Shown here: in pieces, positions 56,928 to 64,000 of the stretch
Layout: the number at the start of each line of letters is the position of its first letter
How positions within the stretch are numbered: position 1 is the stretch's first letter
NCBI GenBank assembly: GCA_020632075.1
Contig: JACKGH010000001.1
Coordinates: forward strand, 793,778-857,777
Length of the DNA stretch: 64,000 bases
Direction: 5' to 3'
Source of the DNA: Candidatus Nomurabacteria bacterium
Lineage (GTDB): Bacteria; Patescibacteriota; Minisyncoccia; Phycocordibacterales; UBA918
Program-made: the position numbers and the translations under genes
The notes under the pieces: generated by a model
Databases searched by the model: none
Told to the model about the DNA's origin: nothing
The model's input: only the letters and a program-made list of their open reading frames with translations

Positions 56928-57004
56928 ATACTGTCTATGATCACGTACGGCCGGCGCCGAAGGCGCCGGCCGTTTGTGTTAGGATACTGTCTATGATCAC
57001 GTAC
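56928..57004. repeat. 21-bp perfect direct repeat (atactgtctatgatcacgtac, twice) flanking a GC hairpin (ggccggcgccgaaggcgccggcc) immediately 3' of tRNA-Pro; the second copy contains the corA start
   Basis: Seen in sequence: 56928..56948 and 56984..57004. Confidence 0.6.
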
Positions 57005-57916
57005 TTTTTTCGCACGTTAAAGGATGCTGAATTTAAGGAAATCAGCGAACTCCGCAATGGAGTATGGATACATGCGGAAAGTCCCTCTGAAGCAGAACTG
57101 CTAGATTTGGCGAAACGATTAGAGCTCGATGTGGCCATCTTGGAGGATGCGCGGGACTTCTTCGAAGTCCCGCGCCTCGAGCGCTCACACGGCGTTACGT
57201 ACTTCTTTACTCGCTATCCGTATAACGAACCAACTGAAGATATCGATACGGCCCCGCTGCTTATCGTGATGGGGGAGACGTTTGTGCTGACGATCACGCT
57301 GCGGCCAGTTCCGCAGTTTGATGCTATTTTAAAGGGTAAAATCGAAGTGCATACGACCCAGAAGACCAAGTTATTCATTCAGCTTATGGAAGTTATCACG
57401 CTTTCGTTTGAGCGGCAGCTTATTTCACTACGTCGAGCAGTGCATAAGGATCGGGCAGAACTCCGTGCGATCGGTAACAAAGAGATCGTGCGATTTGTAA
57501 ACTATGAGCATCGGCTCAACGATATGGTAGCCGCGCTTTTGCCGACCAACGTGGCCTTGCAGCAAGTGATGCACGGACAGTATTTTACGATTCGTGAGGA
57601 AGATAAAGAGTTAATGGACGACCTCCGTATCGACAATGTGCAGGCAGTTGATTCGGCTCGAACACTTCTAAAGACCCTGCAGAATGTCCGCTCAGCTTCT
57701 GAGGCAATTCTGACCAACAATTTGAACAACCGCATTAAGACACTCACAGTATTGACTATCTTGCTCACGGTACCGACGATCGTCTCGTCACTCTTTGGGA
57801 TGAACGTGCCGTTGCCACTTGCAGAACAGCCGTATGCGTTTGAAGTGGTGCTGCTCGTCGTGGCAGTATTGGTGGCTGGGGGAGTGTGGTACTTTAAGAA
57901 ACATGAGTGGTTCTGA
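56993..57916 (+). CDS. corA: CorA-family Mg2+/Co2+ transporter
   Basis: C-terminal SSLFGMNVPLP gives the GMN motif plus two TM helices. Start reassigned to MITYFFRTLKD. Confidence 0.8.
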   Translation: MITYFFRTLKDAEFKEISELRNGVWIHAESPSEAELLDLAKRLELDVAILEDARDFFEVPRLERSHGVTYFFTRYPYNEPTEDIDTAPLLIVMGETFVLTITLRPVPQFDAILKGKIEVHTTQKTKLFIQLMEVITLSFERQLISLRRAVHKDRAELRAIGNKEIVRFVNYEHRLNDMVAALLPTNVALQQVMHGQYFTIREEDKELMDDLRIDNVQAVDSARTLLKTLQNVRSASEAILTNNLNNRIKTLTVLTILLTVPTIVSSLFGMNVPLPLAEQPYAFEVVLLVVAVLVAGGVWYFKKHEWF

Positions 57917-57917
57917 T

Positions 57918-58541
57918 ATGAAGCAGCAAATTTTCTATATTCACGGGGGTGACGCGTTTACAAACTACGATGATTTTCTGCAGTTCTTGCGTGATATACC
58001 AGTGCGCGACCTGCCGGGAGTAGAATCAAAGCCGTTTTGGAGCAAGACAATCTGGGAGGAATTGACCGCTGAGGGCTATGAGGTGTTTGCGCCAAGTATG
58101 CCAAATAAGCTCAACGCCAAGTATGAAGAGTGGAAGATCTGGTTCGAGCGACACTTTGAATATCTGCGCGATGATGTGATCTTGGTGGGGTGGTCGCTCG
58201 GTGGGTACTTTTTCGCCAAGTACCTGGCTGAGAATGAAACACCGTTTAGGATCAAGGCGCTATTTCTATTAGCACCCTTGTTTGAGAACGAAGCGGCTGA
58301 AGGTGATGGTGATGATGGGGGAGATTTTGCCTTCGATACTAGCTTGGCCGGGAACTTGTCTAAACAAGCGCCTAAAATATACCTCTTTCACTCTAAAGAC
58401 GATCCGATTGTGCCATATCGACACTCGGAAAAGTTTGCGGCGGCGCTCCCAGACGCTGAATTTATTACGTTTGAAGACAAAAACCACTTTTTGATTGAGG
58501 AGTTTCCGGAACTTTTGGTGAAGATTAAGGAATTGGGCTAG
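57918..58541 (+). CDS. Alpha/beta-hydrolase-fold serine hydrolase (GxSxG: GWSLGG)
   Basis: MKQQIFYIHGGDAF... The start is 2 nt after the corA stop. Confidence 0.65.
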   Translation: MKQQIFYIHGGDAFTNYDDFLQFLRDIPVRDLPGVESKPFWSKTIWEELTAEGYEVFAPSMPNKLNAKYEEWKIWFERHFEYLRDDVILVGWSLGGYFFAKYLAENETPFRIKALFLLAPLFENEAAEGDGDDGGDFAFDTSLAGNLSKQAPKIYLFHSKDDPIVPYRHSEKFAAALPDAEFITFEDKNHFLIEEFPELLVKIKELG

Positions 58542-58801
58542 AAAAAGGCGAAAAGTCAATTTTGGCTGTACTTTGCGTAGGGTGGGGCAACAGCGGGGAT
58601 TTTCCGGAGGAAAATCCCCGCATAACTAACTATTTCAGTGCTTAAACACCGGCACCGATTTCGAGCGTCCGCGGGGGATCAGTGCCTAAGTTGCTCTGTG
58701 AACATCGGAGCGTGTGAGAAATTGGTGTCGGTGTTGCTGTGCGACATATATCCCTGAAAGAAAGTGCTGTTTGCTCCGTCTACGTATATAATGGTCCATA
58801 C

Positions 58802-59401
58802 ATGGCAGGGAAGAAACCGACTGACAACGTAAAAGACCAGGAAGCACGTTTTTTGAAAGCTTTCGATGAGTATCATGACGCACTCTTTCGCCATGCGTAT
58901 ATGCGAGTGAGTAATCGTGAGAAAGCGATCGATCTCGTTCACGATACGTACACCAAGGTCTGGTCGTACATTCGCGACGGTTATGAGATCGAATCATTTC
59001 GGCCGTTTTTATACAAAGTGCTCAACAACAAGATCGTTGATGAGTACCGCCGGAAGAAAGAAGCTTCTCTTGATGCGATGCTTGAGAAGGAAGGAGTAGA
59101 TGAGGGCACGTTTGACGAACTGACAGAAAGTTCGGTAGAGGTACTCGCGGCTACCATCGACGGGCGCAAGGCCTTTGAACTCCTTGAAGAACTACCTGAT
59201 CAGTATAAAGAAGTGATCATATATCGCTTCGTCGATCAGCTAGGGCCAAAGGAGATCAGTGAGTTGATCGAAGAAACGGAAAACGTGATCTCGGTTCGAC
59301 TCCATCGAGGACTGAAGTTGCTCCGACAAATGATCGAAGCGGGCGATGAATACGCCGAAGAACGTCGCAAAGCTGCGGCAAAACGAAACCAAACCAAATG
59401 A
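58802..59401 (+). CDS. ECF-subfamily sigma-70 factor
   Basis: Region 2 AIDLVHDTYTKVWSYI, region 4 LPDQYKEVIIYRFVDQLGPKEISELIEETENVISVRLHRGLKLLR. Confidence 0.8.
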   Translation: MAGKKPTDNVKDQEARFLKAFDEYHDALFRHAYMRVSNREKAIDLVHDTYTKVWSYIRDGYEIESFRPFLYKVLNNKIVDEYRRKKEASLDAMLEKEGVDEGTFDELTESSVEVLAATIDGRKAFELLEELPDQYKEVIIYRFVDQLGPKEISELIEETENVISVRLHRGLKLLRQMIEAGDEYAEERRKAAAKRNQTK

Positions 59402-60831
59402 AACGATTCAGCGAACAACTACATAAAGAAGCACAAAAGTCTGTAAAGCTGCAGGCTGCTGAGCGTGATGAGCTGCGAGAGCGGTTGGTTTCCTATATGG
59501 AGTATCATCCATTGCCAGCAGCAATGAAGGCTTCAAAGCAAAAGCAAATAATGCCGGAAAGTCTCAAGACCGAAGCGTTTGCAACATTTTCAATACCGTT
59601 TAGTGCTATTTTTAAATCTTCAGCTTTTGCTGCAGTTGTTTTGCTGGTTGTGGTGCCGATGATGGCTGAGAAAGCAGTGCCTGGTGACACATTGTACGCA
59701 ATTAAAGTGCAGACTGAAGAACTACGCAGCACGCTGACGTTTGATGGCTACCAGAAAGTCGAGTGGGAAACCGAGCGGCTCAATCGTCGTATTGCAGAAG
59801 CACGTCTCTTGGCGAGTGAAGGTCGTTTGACCGAAGAAGTAGAAGCTGAAGTGGCTGAAGCAGTGCGCACTCACTCTGAAAATGCCAAGCGTGAGATCGC
59901 AGAGCTTTCAACCGAGGATGCTGACGAGGCTACTTTGGCTACCATTGCGCTTGATACAACACTTGAAGCACAGTCGACTGCGTATAAGGGAGAGGAAGAC
60001 GCGGCCGGCGCAGATGAGGCTATTGCAAAGCCGGTGAACTTGATCGCAGCTGCGCTCGATGAATCACGCACCGCGCCGGCCGCATCTTCATCGCTACCGG
60101 CTTACGATAAGCTGATGGCTCGCGTGGAGATCAATACTACTCGCGTGTATGAACTCCTTTCCTCACTGCGTGAAGTAGCGCCTGAGGAGCAACTTACTGA
60201 TGTTGTGCGCCGGATTGAAGACCTTGAACGTACTATCAAAGCAGCTACAATCGAACGTGAAAATGACGAGACTGTCGCTCGTGAACACTTAGTAGATGCA
60301 TTGCAGCGTACTCAGAAGTTGATCGTGTACATGACTGAGATCGAAGTAGTAGAAACAGTCGATATCGAAACATTGGTACCGGTGGTGTTGACTGAGGAGG
60401 AAGAAGTAGCTCAGATCGAGGCTTGGACAGTTGAGGTTGCTGCTTTACAGGTAGAGATTGATACTCTGGCAGAGCTGGTCACTACTGAAGCAGTCCTTGA
60501 GAAAGTTGCGGTGGCATCTTCGACACTCGGTGAGCTATCTGAGCAGATGGCTTCTTCAACCGAGGAATATAGTTCATTCAAGCGCTATGCTACTGAAGCA
60601 TTGGCTCTTGGAGCTGATACTATTGCTCTTCTTGAGCGTGAACTTGGCTCAATCGAACTGCCTCCGCTTGAAGAAGACAAGGCTACTACCACTGATGAGG
60701 TAGCAAGTTCTACTGAAAAAGTGATTATTGAAGAAGAGATCGCAACTGGTACAGAGCCTGTGGTGGTTGAAGAAACAGCGACTGGTACCGCGATCAGCAG
60801 CGAAGAGACGACAGTTGACACTGAAGTGTAA
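59398..60831 (+). CDS. Membrane-anchored coiled-coil protein overlapping the sigma-factor stop by 4 nt; candidate anti-sigma factor (DUF5667-like)
   Basis: TM FAAVVLLVVVPMMA, then PGDTLYAIKV and a long acidic helical region. Confidence 0.55.
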   Translation: MKRFSEQLHKEAQKSVKLQAAERDELRERLVSYMEYHPLPAAMKASKQKQIMPESLKTEAFATFSIPFSAIFKSSAFAAVVLLVVVPMMAEKAVPGDTLYAIKVQTEELRSTLTFDGYQKVEWETERLNRRIAEARLLASEGRLTEEVEAEVAEAVRTHSENAKREIAELSTEDADEATLATIALDTTLEAQSTAYKGEEDAAGADEAIAKPVNLIAAALDESRTAPAASSSLPAYDKLMARVEINTTRVYELLSSLREVAPEEQLTDVVRRIEDLERTIKAATIERENDETVAREHLVDALQRTQKLIVYMTEIEVVETVDIETLVPVVLTEEEEVAQIEAWTVEVAALQVEIDTLAELVTTEAVLEKVAVASSTLGELSEQMASSTEEYSSFKRYATEALALGADTIALLERELGSIELPPLEEDKATTTDEVASSTEKVIIEEEIATGTEPVVVEETATGTAISSEETTVDTEV

Positions 60832-61126
60832 TCGCGTATATTTACTTTTATGACAACACAGACAGCAGTCCTCCGAGTTGAAAATCAGTCATGGTTTTTC
60901 TTCTTTATGCTCGCACTCGGCGGGGTTAGTTGGACTGTGTTATAAAATCATTCTCCAGACTAGCGGCCCGCTCGAAGAGCGGGCCGCTTTTGTTTAGGGG
61001 TGTTGGCCGGTGAGAATATTGAAGTCCTTCAATGTTCTCACCGGCCCATACGGACCGGAACATCATTCGCTGCAGGGCCACGCTGGAAGCCTGCATTTGT
61101 TCATTCACAACTCATGGGAGAAACTC

Positions 61127-62323
61127 ATGGAATACATCGGTACGGCTGATGAGGCCTATGTGGTTTTCGATGCTGGTCCGGCTCGTGGTCTAGAAACAGT
61201 GTTCGATATGTATCCTGGTCTCAGCAATGTGACCGGGCTGCAGTACTATCCGCTTCGCACGCACGTGCTGTCGCGGCCGGTTGACTACAATCGTCTTAGT
61301 CCGCTGGTGCGTGCGATCTACCATGATCTCATTGCACACTTTGCGGCAACTGGTACGCCAGTTGCTGGAGCAGATCATATTGTCTGGAGCGACGAGGTCG
61401 GGGCGGTGTTTGCACAACATCCAGGACTCGATCTTTGTCCGTTCCAGTTCACTCCGAAGATGCGAGTCATTCGGGATGATCCTCGGTGGTTGGAAGTAGT
61501 ATCGCTGTACGAGCATAAGGGCCGCTTGGCTGACTTATGGCAAGGACAGGGATTTACACCACCATCGGTAGCGGTCTACGGTCAGTCTCGCAAAGAGGCT
61601 GCGCTAGACGCGTCTGCTGTCTGGGAATACCTAGGAAAACGTCCTGGTCGGCTCAAGCTGGCCTACGGTGCTTCCGGCGACCAACAGCCAAAGTTTAGGG
61701 CTTTGTCGCAGCTGAAGAAGCTACTCAAGGATCTGGCTTGGCAAGATGTCGACTTTGTCATCCAACGCGATGTTGGGCAAGTAGAGATCAGTGTGAACTA
61801 TTACATTGATGGAGCAGGCAAGCTCTACTGCTTGTTTACCACCCTGCAGCAGATCGAAGACTCGAAGCATGTCGGTAACATCGAAGACTACACCTACGAG
61901 CACGCCGCTCGCGCGATCACCGACGTGATGGCACGAGACGCACTTGATCGCGGGATGAAAGGCTTCTTCGGCTTTGACTTGATGGTCGATCGCAGGACTG
62001 GTCGGGTTTGGGTCATCGAGTGCAATGCTCGCGTGACTGCTCCGGTCTACGGCTGGATCTTGGCTCGGAAGCACGGTGTAGCACGCTTTGGTGTCGCAAC
62101 GGTCAAGGGTGTCCAAGGGAACACTATCGTTGACGCCCTTCATCCAAGCCTCTGGTATTCCAAGACGCAAGGGAAGGGGATAATCGTCTTCAACCCTGGC
62201 CCGATTCCGCTTGGTGAATACCAAGGGGCCGCCTTAGCTCCAACGCAGGAAGGAGTCATTAAGCTGCTCGCTGACGCAAAACAGACTGCGACTGCTCCGA
62301 TTGCACGGGTGTCGTTTGCCTAA
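61127..62323 (+). CDS. ATP-grasp-fold ligase, unknown substrate
   Basis: GFDLMVDRRTGRVWVIECNARVTAPV is an ATP-grasp C-terminal motif. GGGAG 6 nt upstream of ATG 61127. GC-rich. Confidence 0.65.
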   Translation: MEYIGTADEAYVVFDAGPARGLETVFDMYPGLSNVTGLQYYPLRTHVLSRPVDYNRLSPLVRAIYHDLIAHFAATGTPVAGADHIVWSDEVGAVFAQHPGLDLCPFQFTPKMRVIRDDPRWLEVVSLYEHKGRLADLWQGQGFTPPSVAVYGQSRKEAALDASAVWEYLGKRPGRLKLAYGASGDQQPKFRALSQLKKLLKDLAWQDVDFVIQRDVGQVEISVNYYIDGAGKLYCLFTTLQQIEDSKHVGNIEDYTYEHAARAITDVMARDALDRGMKGFFGFDLMVDRRTGRVWVIECNARVTAPVYGWILARKHGVARFGVATVKGVQGNTIVDALHPSLWYSKTQGKGIIVFNPGPIPLGEYQGAALAPTQEGVIKLLADAKQTATAPIARVSFA

Positions 62324-62479
62324 TGATGGGCGGGCCACAAGTGGCCCGCCCGTATTCACCACTTCTCCCCTAGAGTTTTTACCAAGACAGGTTCGCCTGT
62401 CTTCAGTCCTTAGTCTGGAAACTAGTTTTGCACGTGTTTCTCGGCTGAGATCTGAACAATACATTTATAATCAATACTT

Positions 62480-63259
62480 ATGAGAGCAAAGATACTAACG
62501 ATCCAGTTTCGGGTTAATCCCGCATCGGTTGCCCAAGAGCAAGCGTCTATTCAGCGTGAAGCTGGAGTGTATGCTGAGATCGACTTTATAAGTGCACTTG
62601 ATGAGTCAATCAACTGGAATGATCCAGCGACACTGATGATCCCATATCAAGGCCTTATTTTAGGCGGTTCTGGAGAATTCGATTTTGATGGCAATCGCGC
62701 TGCTGATGACCCGGCTCGGACCACTTCATATGATTTTCTTGAACGTTTGCGACCGCTGTTTGCCTTTCTTTTTGAACATGATCTGCCGACTTTAGGTATT
62801 TGCTACGGGCATCAGTTGCTTGGTGCATTTGCTGGTGCGCAAGTGAAGTACGATGAGACACAGAAGAAAAGCTGCTCGCATGAGATCAAATTGATGATCA
62901 ATAAGCACGACTATTTCTTGTTCTCGGACTTGCCAGATTCATTCCAGGCACACTACGGCCACAAGGATGCGCTGGATCGTGTGCCGGAAGGAGCGGTGCT
63001 CTTAATGAATGGTGGCGATGAGTGTAAGGTTTCAGCCCTGAAGTATAAGAATAATATCTACACCACGCAGTTTCATCCAGAACTTACGTTTGAGGACATG
63101 GCAGAACGGATCAAGAATTCACCGGGCTACTTGCCGGAAGGGGTGTTGGCGGAAGAGGTATTCAAGGATGATCCAAATTCAAATAAGATCTTGCAGAACT
63201 TCGGTAAGTTTGTGGCTCTGCAAGTAGAAGGACCAGTAACGGAGCCAGTGGCTTCATAA
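62480..63259 (+). CDS. Class-I glutamine amidotransferase-like / peptidase C26-like (gamma-glutamyl hydrolase type)
   Basis: GICYGHQLL (Cys nucleophile elbow) and TQFHPE (His/Glu). Confidence 0.7.
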   Translation: MRAKILTIQFRVNPASVAQEQASIQREAGVYAEIDFISALDESINWNDPATLMIPYQGLILGGSGEFDFDGNRAADDPARTTSYDFLERLRPLFAFLFEHDLPTLGICYGHQLLGAFAGAQVKYDETQKKSCSHEIKLMINKHDYFLFSDLPDSFQAHYGHKDALDRVPEGAVLLMNGGDECKVSALKYKNNIYTTQFHPELTFEDMAERIKNSPGYLPEGVLAEEVFKDDPNSNKILQNFGKFVALQVEGPVTEPVAS

Positions 63260-63423
63260 CGCATAACCATGACATCCGCACGTAACATCTGGTGGTGGCA
63301 AAACAAAGCTGTTTGCACAGCGAGTTTTGCTTGGTGATGTCATATGTATCGTTTAGTAAACCCCGCTGTGTAAATGCACAGCGGGGTTTGTTCTTTCTAC
63401 ATCCATTCTCAAGGAGAATACAA

Positions 63424-64000
63424 ATGGTGTCATACAAAGAGTTTCTGGCCAAGTTCACCTTCAAGCCAGAGCGGGCATTTATGGTTGGCGTAGAGCGCGA
63501 GTGCTTCTTGCGTCAGGTCGGGTCTGGGATCATCCAGGATCAGGCAGCGGCTGTGCATGCGCTCATGGAGGCAAGTCCATATGCAAGGCACTTTAGTCCC
63601 GAACTGTCGGCTTGTCAGTACGAGTATAAGACGGATCCACTGGCGATCAGTGATCTCGGTGAGCAGCTGGAACTGCTTGAAGCAACGCTTCAACAGCAGC
63701 TGGCAGAGATCGGCCTATACGGGGATTTCACTGAGGTGGCAGAAGAAACCATGCCACTGACGGTGTATCCGAACTCGCGGTATCTGAAGATCGTGGACAC
63801 GCTGCCGACTGAAGTGCTCAGTGCGGCCTGCCGTGTCGCGGGGACGCATGTGCATGTCGGTATGCCTAATCTGGCTACCGCGATCATGATTTACAATCAT
63901 ATTCGTGATCGAGTGAGGCAGCTTCGTGAGCTCGGAGATCACTCAAATGGCGCTCGGTTGCGTCTCTATGAAGTCGTGGCGCCACAGTTCGATCCGCCGT
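63424..64000 (+). CDS. Partial CDS (3' end off-window): glutamate-cysteine ligase family 2 / YbdK-like carboxylate-amine ligase
   Basis: Own translation, open to the window end: MVSYKEFLAKFTFKPERAFMVGVERECFL...VAGTHVHVGMPN. Confidence 0.6.
   Translation, partial: MVSYKEFLAKFTFKPERAFMVGVERECFLRQVGSGIIQDQAAAVHALMEASPYARHFSPELSACQYEYKTDPLAISDLGEQLELLEATLQQQLAEIGLYGDFTEVAEETMPLTVYPNSRYLKIVDTLPTEVLSAACRVAGTHVHVGMPNLATAIMIYNHIRDRVRQLRELGDHSNGARLRLYEVVAPQFDPP

Noticed and set aside
1-64000. CRISPR arrays, rRNA genes, transposases or IS elements
   Set aside because: No regularly spaced short direct repeats, no rRNA-like conserved stretches, and no DDE or serine recombinase translations were seen in any frame

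Overview
This window looks like the replication-origin neighbourhood of a small, reduced bacterial genome. Gene content and style suggest a CPR/Saccharibacteria-like organism, but that is inference only. GC is moderate, about 45-50% by eye, with a few GC-rich blocks. The core is dnaN and dnaA on the minus strand, diverging from rpmH-rnpA-yidC on the plus strand, with DnaA-box-like clusters in both flanking intergenic regions. Directly after yidC comes a roughly 13 kb minus-strand operon (4622..17350) that looks like a Gram-positive-style type IV secretion or conjugation-like system. It has a VirB2-like pilin candidate, a VirB4 ATPase interrupted by one in-frame TAA, a PrgI/VirB3-like small membrane protein, a VirB6-like polytopic protein and several secreted or membrane proteins of unknown function. 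The rest is mostly housekeeping: ksgA, pcrA, pnp, rpsO, xerC/D, cca, xth, comM, csp, corA, an ECF sigma factor, and five tRNAs (Leu-CAG, Arg-TCG, Gly-GCC, Pro-TGG). These are interleaved with accessory-looking pieces. One is a GC-rich ABC exporter split by an apparent -1 frameshift. Another is a GC-rich three-gene block with a J-domain protein, inserted between rpsO and pnp. There is a membrane-anchored Clp/Hsp100-like ATPase with a degenerate first ATPase domain, and a standalone (p)ppGpp-hydrolase-like HD protein. At the window end is a GC-rich ATP-grasp / GATase1 / GCS2-ligase cluster. Several non-coding signals stand out. A hairpin element occurs in two copies with covarying outer stems. 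There is a 22-bp perfect inverted repeat. A roughly 300-nt structured region precedes rpsO. Eight copies of a TTCACGTGAA palindrome lie in a 770-bp stretch between tRNA-Gly and tRNA-Pro. Both tRNA-Leu and tRNA-Pro are followed by short duplications of their 3'-adjacent sequence. I found no rRNA, no CRISPR array and no recognisable transposase. All functional calls come from motif recognition in the supplied translations and were not checked by database search.
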